Positions 11,012 to 20,885 of a DNA stretch of 64,000 nucleotides are shown here, piece by piece; position 1 is the first letter of the stretch, and each line of letters begins with the position of its first letter. The position numbers and the translations under genes are program-made. The stretch is from Candidatus Hydrothermales bacterium. GTDB taxonomy: Bacteria; Hydrothermota; Hydrothermia; Hydrothermales; JAJRUZ01. A model generated the notes under the pieces. That model did not search any database and was not told the origin of the DNA. It saw only the letters and a list, made by a program, of their open reading frames with translations. The stretch is taken from positions 32,001 to 96,000 of the forward strand of contig JBCNUW010000002.1 in NCBI GenBank assembly GCA_039630575.1, read 5' to 3'.

Positions 11012-11892
11012 GTGAAATAGTTGAAAAGGTTAAAATAAAAACTTTTAAAGATTATGAGGGTTATAAAAAACCATTTTGGTGTCCAGGTTGTGGAGATTTT
11101 TCTATTCTCTCTTCACTAAAAAAGGTCTCAGCTGATTTAGGCATAGAACCTTCGAAAACAGTTTTGGTTTCAGGTATTGGCTGTTCAGGTAAAAGCTACT
11201 CCTTTTTTTATGCAAATGGAGTTCACACCCTTCACGGAAGAGTTTTACCAGTTGCAACAGGAATAAAATTAGCTAATCCCGAACTTTTAGTGATAGGACT
11301 TTCAGGAGATGGTGATTCTCTTGCAATAGGTGGAAATCACTTCCTACACACAGCAAGAAGAAATGTAGGTATTAAACTCATAATAATGAATAACCAAATT
11401 TATGGTCTTACAAAAGGTCAATTTTCTCCAACATCCAATCATGGATTTGTAACGGTATCAAGTCCTTATGGTTCTGTGGAATTTCCCATAGATCCTGTTT
11501 TAATTTCCCTTTCAGCCGGTGCAAGTTTTGTAGCAAGAGGTTTCTCAGGAGAACCAAATTCTCTTATGGAAATTTTAAAAGCTGCAATCAATCATAAAGG
11601 TTTTGCAGTTGTTGATGTTCTATCACCATGTGTTACTTATAACAAGATAAATACTTACGAGTGGTATAGAGAGAATATAAAGTTTATACCCGATAATCAT
11701 GATACAAGCGACCTAAAATCTGCAATTTTACTTGCAATTTCAGGTGATGGAAAAATCCCAATTGGAATTTTTTATAGAAAAGAAAGACGTACCTATGAAG
11801 AGTTGATTCTTGATAGTAATAATCCTTGTAAGGTAGATCTATATTGTGGAAGAGATCGTGTAATTGAGCTGATAGAGGAATTATCAAAATAG
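11008..11892 (+). CDS. korB: 2-oxoacid:ferredoxin oxidoreductase beta subunit
   Basis: WCPGCGD, SGIGCS, HGR, GDGD, NN.IYGLTKGQ.SPT and PCVT motifs. Confidence 0.92.
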   Translation: MSEIVEKVKIKTFKDYEGYKKPFWCPGCGDFSILSSLKKVSADLGIEPSKTVLVSGIGCSGKSYSFFYANGVHTLHGRVLPVATGIKLANPELLVIGLSGDGDSLAIGGNHFLHTARRNVGIKLIIMNNQIYGLTKGQFSPTSNHGFVTVSSPYGSVEFPIDPVLISLSAGASFVARGFSGEPNSLMEILKAAINHKGFAVVDVLSPCVTYNKINTYEWYRENIKFIPDNHDTSDLKSAILLAISGDGKIPIGIFYRKERRTYEELILDSNNPCKVDLYCGRDRVIELIEELSK

Positions 11893-12530
11893 AGATTAAA
11901 ATAAATTTAAGAGATTACGAAAAAATAAAAGATGAAATTGAGAAAAAAGTAAATGAATTTAAAAGCATATGGTTAAACCAAGATAAGTTAGCTATATACA
12001 AAGAATTTATTTTCTGTCTTCTAACACCTCAATCAAGGGCAAAACTATGTTGGGAAGCAGTTTTGAATCTTGAAAGAAAAAAAATTATTTTTGAAGGAAG
12101 TTTTGAGGATATTTTAGAGGGAATTTCAAAAATAAGATTTAAAAAACAAAAGGCAAAATACATTTTAACAAACAGAGAAAAATTTCTAAAGAATGGAGAA
12201 TTCATCTTGATTGATATTTTAAAAAGTATAAATGATCCTTACAAAGCAAGAGATTATCTCATCAAAAATGTGATAGGTTATGGATTAAAAGAGGCAAGTC
12301 ATTTTTTACGAAACATAGGTTTTAATTTTGATCTTTCAATCCTTGATAGGCATATTTTAAAAAATTTAAAAAATGAAAAGGTAATAGAGGAAATTCCCAA
12401 AATTCTAACTAAAAGAAAATACTTAGAGATAGAAAATAAGTTTATTGAATTTTCAAAAAAACTTTCTATTCCACTTGTTAACCTTGATCTTTATTTTTGG
12501 TGGAGGGAAACAGGTGAAGTTTTTAAATGA
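11889..12530 (+). CDS. ogg: 8-oxoguanine DNA glycosylase/AP lyase (OGG2 type); start extended beyond ORF track to a probable ATA
   Basis: G.G.KEASHFLRNIG..ILDRH..YLEIE..DL..W..ETG.V.K; frame open upstream of 12063 encoding EIEKKVNEFKSIW..KEFIFCLLTPQS with no ATG/GTG/TTG. Confidence 0.85.
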   Translation: MEIKINLRDYEKIKDEIEKKVNEFKSIWLNQDKLAIYKEFIFCLLTPQSRAKLCWEAVLNLERKKIIFEGSFEDILEGISKIRFKKQKAKYILTNREKFLKNGEFILIDILKSINDPYKARDYLIKNVIGYGLKEASHFLRNIGFNFDLSILDRHILKNLKNEKVIEEIPKILTKRKYLEIENKFIEFSKKLSIPLVNLDLYFWWRETGEVFK

Positions 12531-13129
12531 GTCTTAAAGAAAAATTAACTGAAGGATTTAATTTTAAAGAATATCTGATTAAGGCTGAAAAGATAAATAA
12601 AGGTAGATTTAAGGAGGAAATTAATTTTGAAATTTATTTAATTAAAGGTATTAAAAAATCTTTTCTTTTAAATATAAAATACTTTGAAGGAAGAAAACCC
12701 TATTACAGGAAATGGATTGAAATCTTCAACATAAGAAAAGAATTCTTTAATTCTGAATACGAGGAATTCTTTCTTAGCTCCGTTTCAGATGAAATAAAAG
12801 AAGGTGAAAAAATTTTAATAGAATATGTTAACGATGAAGAAACTTACCAATTTTTATTTAAAGGATACCCTGTTTCAATTTCAAGGTTAGGTTTTAAACT
12901 TTTAAAACTTTCCTTTACATTTTTGAAAAATTTCTATGTTCCTGAAGGTTATTGGGAAGGAAGCCAAAAAATAATTGCAGAAAAGGCAATCAATGAAACA
13001 CAGAAAGAAGTAAGGTTAAATGAAATCAAAAAAGAAATAGAGGATTTTTATCTTAAGTATAAGAACTCAGAAGAAAAACTAATCAAAAATGCTATTTTAA
13101 GAATTAAACAATTAAAAGATTATTTATAA
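12527..13129 (+). CDS. DUF1122 family protein
   Basis: YFEGRKPYYRKWIE, EYVND.ET, SRLGF.L and YVPEG..EG motifs. Confidence 0.8.
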   Translation: MSLKEKLTEGFNFKEYLIKAEKINKGRFKEEINFEIYLIKGIKKSFLLNIKYFEGRKPYYRKWIEIFNIRKEFFNSEYEEFFLSSVSDEIKEGEKILIEYVNDEETYQFLFKGYPVSISRLGFKLLKLSFTFLKNFYVPEGYWEGSQKIIAEKAINETQKEVRLNEIKKEIEDFYLKYKNSEEKLIKNAILRIKQLKDYL

Positions 13130-13189
13130 AACTTAATTGATTTTTAATTTTATATTTATTTAAAATTTAATAAATTACAGGAGGATAAA

Positions 13190-14290
13190 ATGGAAATAAA
13201 ACCCTTTGGATCTGAACCCTTTAGGGTTATTGATGAGGAGGGTAAGCCTCTTTTTGACTTAAATTTAAAAGAATATGGAATTAATACCGAAATACTCTTG
13301 AAAATGTACAAAGATATAGTTTTAACAAGAGAAATTGATAAACTGGGATGGATTCTTGTTAGGCAAGGAAAAGCTTACTTTTATATTTCAATAGGAGGCC
13401 ATGAAACTGCCCATGTAGCTTCACTTTATGCTCTTGAAAAAGAAGACTATGTAATGCCCTATTATAGAACAGTTCCATCACTTCACGTAAGGGGGGTTAA
13501 AGTTGAAGAAATCTTTTCTCAAATACTAGGAAAATACACCGACCCACTTAAAGGAAGACAGATGCCTGGACATTTTGGAAAAAAGGAACTGAATATTTTT
13601 GTTCCTGGGTCACCTGTTGGTCTTGGACATAATGTAGCAATGGGTGTTGCAATGGGTATAAAGTATAAAAATCATAAAAGAGTAATAATATCCTATGGTG
13701 GTGAAGGATCAACCTCTCAACCACACTTCCATTCAGCAATGAATTTTGCTTCTGTATTCAAATTGCCCTTGATAATTTTTATAATAGATAATCATTATGC
13801 AATCTCAGTTCCTAGGACAAAACAAACTGCTTCAGAAACAATAGCAATTAAAGCTAAAGCCTATTGTATGGAGGGTTACCTTGTTGATGGAAATGACGCT
13901 ATAGCTACATACATAGTAACAAAAAAATGTGTAAATGAGGTAAGAGAAAACTCAAAACCTATACTAATAGAGGCCTATACATATAGATATGATCCCCACT
14001 CATCTGCAGATGATGATAGAAAATATAGAAAAAAAGAAGAAATTCAAGAATGGAAAAAGAAAGACGGGCTTTTGAGACTAAAAAAATATCTGGAATACCT
14101 TTCTTTATGGGATGAAGAAAAAGATTTAATGTTAAAAAAAGAAATTGAAGAAAAACTTAATAACATACTGGAGGAAGTTGAAAAAAAACATCTTCCAATT
14201 TATAAGGATATGTTTTATGAAGTTTATGTGAATACTCCTTGGTATCTTGAAGAGGAATACATGGAACTCAAAAGGGAAATGGAGGGTTAA
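13190..14290 (+). CDS. 2-oxoacid dehydrogenase E1 alpha (branched-chain/pyruvate type)
   Basis: GHE, PYYR, KGRQMP.H, GEGST..N ThDP motif, HSSADD. Confidence 0.92.
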   Translation: MEIKPFGSEPFRVIDEEGKPLFDLNLKEYGINTEILLKMYKDIVLTREIDKLGWILVRQGKAYFYISIGGHETAHVASLYALEKEDYVMPYYRTVPSLHVRGVKVEEIFSQILGKYTDPLKGRQMPGHFGKKELNIFVPGSPVGLGHNVAMGVAMGIKYKNHKRVIISYGGEGSTSQPHFHSAMNFASVFKLPLIIFIIDNHYAISVPRTKQTASETIAIKAKAYCMEGYLVDGNDAIATYIVTKKCVNEVRENSKPILIEAYTYRYDPHSSADDDRKYRKKEEIQEWKKKDGLLRLKKYLEYLSLWDEEKDLMLKKEIEEKLNNILEEVEKKHLPIYKDMFYEVYVNTPWYLEEEYMELKREMEG

Positions 14291-14291
14291 A

Positions 14292-15266
14292 ATGGTAAAA
14301 AAGAATATTGCTGAAGCTATAAGAAATGCTCTTGATATAATGCTTTCGGAAGATGAGAGAGTTTTAGTGTTTGGTGAAGATGTTGGGAAAAAAGGCGGAG
14401 TTTTTACTGTTACAGAAGGACTACAAGAAAAATATGGTGAACAAAGGGTTTTTGATACCCCTCTTGACGAAAATGGTATTTTAGGAATGGCAAAAGGGCT
14501 TGCATTGTATGGTTTAAGACCAGTAGCTGAAATTCAATTTGTAGATTTTATTTGGCCAGGCTTTGATGTTATTATGTCAGATATTTCAAAAGAAAGATTT
14601 AGATCCGGTGGACAGTTTTCCTGTCCACTTGTCATAAGAGCTCCCTACGGAGGTGGTGTCAGAGGTGGCCTATATCACTCCCAAAGTCCAGAGGCAATCT
14701 TTGCACATATACCAGGTTTAAAAATTGTTATTCCCTCTAATCCTTATGATGCAAAGGGACTCCTTATATCAGCAATTGAAGATGAGGATCCAATTATTTT
14801 TCTTGAACCCAAAAAAATATACTTTGCCTTTAGAGAAGAGATACCTGAAGAAAAATATTTTGTTCCAATAGGAAAAGCAAAAATATTAAAGGAAGGAAAG
14901 GACATTACGCTTATAAGCTATGGATACATGATTCATGAATGTAAAAAAGCAATTGAAGAACTTGAGAAAGAGGGAATATCTTGTGAACTCGTTGATTTAA
15001 GAACAATCACTCCTTTTGATGGAGAAACAATACTAAATTCTGTTGCAAAAACTGGAAAGGTAATTATTGTAGTTGAGGCACCAAAAATAAATTCATTTGC
15101 CTCAGAGCTCTCAGCCTTTATTTCAGAGAGAGCAATATATTATATTGATGCACCAATTTTAAGAGTAACAGGATGGGATACCCCCTTCCCATACATACTA
15201 GAACACTTATATTTACCTTCATATAAAAGGATAATCTTAAAAGCAAAAAAAATTTTGGAGGTCTAA
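14292..15266 (+). CDS. 2-oxoacid dehydrogenase E1 beta (start reassigned to ATG 14292)
   Basis: GEDVG..GGVF, DTPL.E, EIQF.DF and HSQSPE motifs; GGAGG RBS before 14292. Confidence 0.92.
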   Translation: MVKKNIAEAIRNALDIMLSEDERVLVFGEDVGKKGGVFTVTEGLQEKYGEQRVFDTPLDENGILGMAKGLALYGLRPVAEIQFVDFIWPGFDVIMSDISKERFRSGGQFSCPLVIRAPYGGGVRGGLYHSQSPEAIFAHIPGLKIVIPSNPYDAKGLLISAIEDEDPIIFLEPKKIYFAFREEIPEEKYFVPIGKAKILKEGKDITLISYGYMIHECKKAIEELEKEGISCELVDLRTITPFDGETILNSVAKTGKVIIVVEAPKINSFASELSAFISERAIYYIDAPILRVTGWDTPFPYILEHLYLPSYKRIILKAKKILEV

Positions 15267-15268
15267 AA

Positions 15269-16477
15269 ATGCCATTTATACTGAAATTACCTGAAATAGC
15301 CGAAAGTGTCGTTGAAGGAGAAATCTTAAAATGGCTAAAAAAAGAAGGTGAATATGTGAAAAAGAATGAGCCAATAGTAGAAATTGAAACTCAAAAAGTA
15401 ACAGTAGAAATACCATCACCTTATGAGGGTATTCTATATAAAATACTTGAAAAAGAAGGAAATATTGTAGAGGTTGGAAAACCCATTGCAATCTTAACAG
15501 AAGAAGGAGAAAAAGTTGAAGAAAAAATTGAATTAACATCACCCCCAAAATTGGTTGAAATTAAAGAAAAAGAAGAGAAAATTGAAGCTCAAGAAATTGA
15601 GATAAAGGTAAAGGATAAAGTCCTAGCATCACCATCAGCAAGAAAACTTGCAAGAGACTATGGGATTGATCTATCTAAATTTTCTTTTGAGAAAAAGGTA
15701 ATAAGAAAAAAAGATGTCCTAACAATTATTGAAAAAATAGAGAAGGAAAAAAGAACTAAAGAGGAAAAAAAAGAAGTAGAAGTGATTCCTCTAAAAGGTA
15801 TAAGAAGAGAAATTGCTTTTAGATTAAGAGAGTCCAAGGCAAAAGCAGTGCATACACTTCATGTTGACGAAGCTGATTTAACAGAACTTGTAAAACTTAG
15901 AGAAAAGATGAAAAGTCTAGCTCAGGATCAGGGAGTTAAACTTACTTTTTTACCTTTTGTAATCAAAGCTTCAGTTTATACTCTTAAAAGATATCCATAT
16001 GTTAATGCTACTTTTGACGATGAAAAAAACGAAATAATTTTACATAGAAGTTATAATATAGGAATAGCTGTAGCAACTGATGAGGGTCTTGTAGTTCCTG
16101 TCATCAAAAAAGCAGATCAAAAAAGTCTCATAGAAATTGCAAAAGAAATCTCTATGTTATCAGATAAAGCAAAAAAAAGAGAATTAACTTTAGAGAATGT
16201 TCAAGGAGGAACTTTCTCAATCACAAATATTGGCTCTATTGGTGGTCTTTTTTCTTTTCCTGTAATAAATTATCCACAAGTTGCTATTCTTGGATTTCAC
16301 TCAATTAAAAAAAGACCCGTCATTAATGAAAGAGGTGAGATTGCTGTAAGAGATATGGTTTATCTATCTCTTTCTTTTGATCATAGAGTTTTAGATGGAG
16401 CAATTGCAGCACTTTTTATGAAAGACTTAATAAATTACTTAGAAAAACCTGAACTTTTATTTCTTGAAAGTATATAA
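15269..16477 (+). CDS. Dihydrolipoamide acyltransferase E2
   Basis: Lipoyl domain ETQKVTVEIPSP; ASPSARKLA binding domain; catalytic DHRVLDG. Confidence 0.93.
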   Translation: MPFILKLPEIAESVVEGEILKWLKKEGEYVKKNEPIVEIETQKVTVEIPSPYEGILYKILEKEGNIVEVGKPIAILTEEGEKVEEKIELTSPPKLVEIKEKEEKIEAQEIEIKVKDKVLASPSARKLARDYGIDLSKFSFEKKVIRKKDVLTIIEKIEKEKRTKEEKKEVEVIPLKGIRREIAFRLRESKAKAVHTLHVDEADLTELVKLREKMKSLAQDQGVKLTFLPFVIKASVYTLKRYPYVNATFDDEKNEIILHRSYNIGIAVATDEGLVVPVIKKADQKSLIEIAKEISMLSDKAKKRELTLENVQGGTFSITNIGSIGGLFSFPVINYPQVAILGFHSIKKRPVINERGEIAVRDMVYLSLSFDHRVLDGAIAALFMKDLINYLEKPELLFLESI

Positions 16478-16511
16478 GAGGTTATTTTAAAATAAAAAGC
16501 TACTTTTTAAA

Positions 16512-17912
16512 ATGAGGTACAAAGCTATTGTGATCGGTGCAGGACCAGGAGGTTATGTTTGTGCAATAAGACTCGGGCAACTTGGAATAAAAAGCCTTGT
16601 TATTGATAAAAAGTATGTAGGAGGTGTATGTCTCAATGTGGGGTGTATACCCACTAAGGCGCTTATATTTGCTTCTCATATTGTTGAGGCAAATGAAAAG
16701 GCTAAAAAAGAGATGGGTTTAATTACAACTGAATTAAAGTATGATTTAGAGAGATTAAGAGAGTGGAAAGAGAAGATTGTAAACAGATTAACAAATGGGA
16801 TTTTAAGCCTATGGAAACATAATAATGTAGATTTTATTAAGGGAGAAGCAATTTTTGAGAGTGAAAAGAGAGTAAAAGTTAAGACTGAAAGTGGAGAAAT
16901 AAGGGAATTTGAAGGAGATAGCATAGTAATAGCAAGCGGCTCTGATCCGACTATTCTAAAAGGTTTTGAGCCTGACGGAAAATATATTTGGACAAGCGAT
17001 GATGCCGTATCCCTAAAGGAAATTCCCCAAAAAATTCTTATTCTGGGTGGAGGAGCAATTGGACTTGAATTTGCCTATGTGTATAAAAATTTCGGTAGCG
17101 ATGTTGAGGTCATAGAACTGATGGATCAGATTCTACCCGGAATGGACAAAGAGATGGCACAAGAACTCACTAAAATACTAAAAAGAAAAGGAATTAAAAT
17201 TTATACTGAAAGAAGAGCTAAAGAAGTCTCAATAAAAAATGGAAAAATTAGTTTATTAGTAGAATTTAAAGATAAAGAGGAAATTTACGAGGGGAACGTT
17301 TTACTTATATCTGTTGGAAGAAAACCCAATTCTAAAATTGAGGGTATAAATAAATTAGATTTAAAGATTGATCAAAAGGGATTTATTAAAGTTGATAAGA
17401 AGAGAAGAGCAAACGATAGAGGAATATTTGCTATAGGTGATGTTGCTGAACCACCTCTTCTTGCTCACAAAGCTTCGAAGGAGGGAATAGTAGCTGCCGA
17501 AGTAATAGCAGGGCTTAATTCAGAATTTGACCCAAAAGCAATTCCTTTGGTGGTTTACACAATTCCTGAATTTGCCTCTGTTGGTATGACTGAGGAAGAT
17601 GCAAAAGCTAAAGGAATTGACATATCAGTTGGTAGGTTCCCCTTAGTAGCAAATGGGAGAGCTTTAACTCAAAATGAAAATATGGGGCTTGCTAAGATTA
17701 TAGTTAATAAAGAAAATGATGAAGTTTTAGGAGTACATATTATCTCTCCTGAGGCATCGTCAATGATTTGTGAGGCAGCACTGGCAATTGAAATGGGAGC
17801 AACCTCAGAAGATATAGCTCTTACAGTTCATCCTCACCCTACTTTCGGTGAAATTTTAATGGAAGCAGCTGAAAATGTCTATAAAAAAGCTATTCACATT
17901 ATAAATAAGTAG
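16512..17912 (+). CDS. lpdA: Dihydrolipoyl dehydrogenase E3
   Basis: GAGPGG, GGVCLNVGCIPTK, GGGAIGLE and HPHPT..E motifs. Confidence 0.95.
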   Translation: MRYKAIVIGAGPGGYVCAIRLGQLGIKSLVIDKKYVGGVCLNVGCIPTKALIFASHIVEANEKAKKEMGLITTELKYDLERLREWKEKIVNRLTNGILSLWKHNNVDFIKGEAIFESEKRVKVKTESGEIREFEGDSIVIASGSDPTILKGFEPDGKYIWTSDDAVSLKEIPQKILILGGGAIGLEFAYVYKNFGSDVEVIELMDQILPGMDKEMAQELTKILKRKGIKIYTERRAKEVSIKNGKISLLVEFKDKEEIYEGNVLLISVGRKPNSKIEGINKLDLKIDQKGFIKVDKKRRANDRGIFAIGDVAEPPLLAHKASKEGIVAAEVIAGLNSEFDPKAIPLVVYTIPEFASVGMTEEDAKAKGIDISVGRFPLVANGRALTQNENMGLAKIIVNKENDEVLGVHIISPEASSMICEAALAIEMGATSEDIALTVHPHPTFGEILMEAAENVYKKAIHIINK

Positions 17913-17921
17913 AATTTTCCT

Positions 17922-18320
17922 ATGGAGGTCATAACGATACAAACAAGAGAAAGAGAACAGTATATAGAAATAACAGATGAAATAAGAAAAATTATTAAGA
18001 ATAAAAAGTTGGATAAAGGTATAGTATTTCTTTATGTCCCCCATACAACATGTGGAATAACTGTTAACGAAAGTTATGATCCTTCTGTTGCTCAGGATAT
18101 ATTACACATGCTTCATTTAGTAGCACCTCCTAAAGGTCCCTATAGACATACAGAGGGAAATGCCGATGCCCATATAAAAACTACAATAACTGGAAGTAGT
18201 TTGTTTTTATTTGTTGATGATGGTGACCTTGTACTCGGTAAATGGCAAGGTGTGTTCCTTGCTGAATATGATGGTCCAAGAACAAGAAAAATATATTTAA
18301 AGTTTTTTAGTGAAGTTTGA
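17922..18320 (+). CDS. yjbQ: YjbQ/UPF0047 family protein
   Basis: PHTT.GITVNE, H.EGNADAHIK, LGKWQG and E.DGPR.R motifs. Confidence 0.9.
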   Translation: MEVITIQTREREQYIEITDEIRKIIKNKKLDKGIVFLYVPHTTCGITVNESYDPSVAQDILHMLHLVAPPKGPYRHTEGNADAHIKTTITGSSLFLFVDDGDLVLGKWQGVFLAEYDGPRTRKIYLKFFSEV

Positions 18321-19162
18321 TGAAAAGAATTTATAATCTCGGTGATTTTAAAATTATTCATCTTTCTTTTGGTACTTTTAAACTTGATGGTGGTGCAATG
18401 TTTGGGATTGTTCCGAAAGTCTTATGGTCAAAGAGCGCTAAATCTGATAAGAGAAATAGGATAACGCTTGGTTTAAATCCAATTTTAATTATGGGTAAAA
18501 ACTTTAATGTGCTTGTCGATAATGGGACTGGAAATAAATACTCTGAAAAAGAAATTGATATATATGGTATTAAGTTAAAAAGTGACCCTTTTAAACCTTA
18601 TGGAATAAAAAAGGAAGATATAACCCATGTAATTTTAACTCATCTTCATTTCGATCATGCAGGTGGTTCAACAGAATATATAAATGGAAATCTAAAAATA
18701 ACATATCCTAACGCAACATATTTTGTCCAAAAAAAGGAGTTTGAAGATGCAATTAATCCAAATGAAAGAACAAAAGCCTCTTACAGAAGAGAGGATTTTG
18801 AGCCTCTTTATAATGAAAATAAGATCAAACTTCTTGAAGGAGACACAGAAATTTTGAAAGGAATAAAGGTTATAAATACCGGGGGACACACGGAAGGACA
18901 TCAAGTTGTATTGATAGAAAATAAAGGTGAAAAGGCGATTTATTTCGGTGATATCGTTCCGACAAGTTATCATATTCCTCTTCCTTACATTATGGGTTTT
19001 GACACTCATCCTCTTTTAAATCTTGAAATTAGAAGAAAATATTATGATTTAGCTTCAAAAGAAAAATGGCTTTGTTTTTTTGAACATGATACAATTCCAA
19101 AAGCAGGTTTAATAAAAGAGATAGAGAAAGGAAAGTATATCTTTGAGGAAATAAGATCTTGA
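18317..19162 (+). CDS. MBL-fold metallo-hydrolase
   Basis: LDGGAMFG.VPK.LW, THLHFDHAGG, GHT.GH and GD motifs. Confidence 0.9.
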   Translation: MMKRIYNLGDFKIIHLSFGTFKLDGGAMFGIVPKVLWSKSAKSDKRNRITLGLNPILIMGKNFNVLVDNGTGNKYSEKEIDIYGIKLKSDPFKPYGIKKEDITHVILTHLHFDHAGGSTEYINGNLKITYPNATYFVQKKEFEDAINPNERTKASYRREDFEPLYNENKIKLLEGDTEILKGIKVINTGGHTEGHQVVLIENKGEKAIYFGDIVPTSYHIPLPYIMGFDTHPLLNLEIRRKYYDLASKEKWLCFFEHDTIPKAGLIKEIEKGKYIFEEIRS

Positions 19163-20166
19163 TTGTTTTCATTTTAGGTGCAGGAAGATGGGGTACAGCA
19201 CTTTCATATATTTGTCACTTTAATTTTAAAAAAATTTACCTTTGGGATATAGATAATTTCTTACTTGAGTCAATAAAAAAATATAAAAAAAACCCATATT
19301 TTTTTGAAAACTTTGTATATCCGAATAATGTTGAAGTAGTTTTTGATTTAGAAAAAAATATAAATGAAGCTGATATTATTATATCTGCAGTTCCTACACA
19401 GACAGTAAGAGATGTATTTTTGAATCTTGAAAGGTACATAAAAAGTTCTAAAATATTTATTTCAGCCTCAAAGGGTCTTGAAATAAAAAAACTTGAAAGA
19501 CCAAGTGAAATAATAAAAGAGGTTTTAAAAAGAAAAGTTAAAAAAATTTTTGTTCTTTCAGGACCAAACTTTGCTGAAGAAATAATAAAAAATGTTCCTT
19601 CCCTTTCAGTGCTTGCTGGAGATGGAGGCGATGATATAAAAAAACTTCAAAAATTACTTACGACTCCCTTTTTTAGAATCTATATTTCTCATGATTTAAA
19701 GGGTGTTGAATTGGGGGGAGCTCTAAAAAATGTGTATGCTATAGGAGCAGGAATACTTGATGGTCTTAATCTCGGATTCAATGCAAGAGCTGCCTTTTTA
19801 ACTAGATCTTTAGTTGAAATGTCAAGATTTGGAAAAATTATGGGTGCAAGATCTTATACCTTCTCTGGATTATCAGGACTTGGTGATTTACTTTTGACCT
19901 CTACTTCTGACCTTTCAAGAAACAGAACCTTTGGACTTTTAATAGGTAAGGGGTTTAGCATCAAAGAAGCTCTTTCAAGAATAAAAACAGTTGAGGGTTT
20001 TTATACAATAAAGCCTTATGTGGAACTTGCAGAAATGAAAAAAATTTATGTCCCAATTGCAAAAAAACTTTTTGAGGTTCTTTATGATAACAAAAATTTA
20101 AAGGAAGCTATAAAAGAATTGATGGATAGACCTTTAAAGTATGAGGATGTTCCAGGTATCGTTTGA
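19159..20166 (+). CDS. gpsA: NAD(P)H-dependent glycerol-3-phosphate dehydrogenase
   Basis: GAG.WGTAL, SKG, SGPNFA.E, GGALKN and GLGDL..T...SRN motifs. Confidence 0.93.
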   Translation: MIVFILGAGRWGTALSYICHFNFKKIYLWDIDNFLLESIKKYKKNPYFFENFVYPNNVEVVFDLEKNINEADIIISAVPTQTVRDVFLNLERYIKSSKIFISASKGLEIKKLERPSEIIKEVLKRKVKKIFVLSGPNFAEEIIKNVPSLSVLAGDGGDDIKKLQKLLTTPFFRIYISHDLKGVELGGALKNVYAIGAGILDGLNLGFNARAAFLTRSLVEMSRFGKIMGARSYTFSGLSGLGDLLLTSTSDLSRNRTFGLLIGKGFSIKEALSRIKTVEGFYTIKPYVELAEMKKIYVPIAKKLFEVLYDNKNLKEAIKELMDRPLKYEDVPGIV

Positions 20167-20885
20167 TCATGCCGATTAAGGTAATTACCTTCGATTATTG
20201 GGACACTCTTGTTCCTATAGAAGAAAATAAAATTGAGTTAATGAGAAAAGAAAGAGCTAAAAAAATTCAAGAATTTTTTAATAAAAAAGGAAGAAAATTT
20301 TCTTATGACGAAATATACAAAACATCAAAAAGAGTTTGGGAACTCTATAAGGAAAATCCTTTAATTAACAAGGAAGTAACACTTTATATAATGGTTGAAA
20401 AAATTTTGGAACATTTAAGTATTGAAAAGAAAGAGGATATAGTAAAAGAAATAGTTCAAATATATGAGGAATACCTTTATAAAGCAGGATTAAAAGTTGA
20501 CTCTGAAGTTATAGATGTAATAAAGGAATTAAAAAGTGAGAATTTTAAACTGGGAATAGTTTCAAATACACCAGGTGGCAATGTAGAGAGGAAAATTCTT
20601 GAAGACTACGGCATAGATAAATTTTTTGACATAATGGTTTTTTCATCTATAGAGGGGATTAGAAAACCCCATCCGGAAATTTTTTTAAAGGTTGTAAATT
20701 TTTTCAATATAGAACCGGGAGAGCTTCTGCACATTGGAGACACTTTTGAATTAGATATTGAAGGCCCCTTAAAAATTGGTGCAAAAGCTATTCTCTGGGA
20801 TCCAAAGAAAAAAAATTTAAACCCGGATATTAAAAGCATAAATAGTTGGAATGAACTTAAAAAGATAATTAATCAATATGCCTGA
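20163..20885 (+). CDS. HAD-superfamily hydrolase
   Basis: FDYWDTL, SN, KP.P.IF and HIGD...D motifs. Confidence 0.85.
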   Translation: MIMPIKVITFDYWDTLVPIEENKIELMRKERAKKIQEFFNKKGRKFSYDEIYKTSKRVWELYKENPLINKEVTLYIMVEKILEHLSIEKKEDIVKEIVQIYEEYLYKAGLKVDSEVIDVIKELKSENFKLGIVSNTPGGNVERKILEDYGIDKFFDIMVFSSIEGIRKPHPEIFLKVVNFFNIEPGELLHIGDTFELDIEGPLKIGAKAILWDPKKKNLNPDIKSINSWNELKKIINQYA

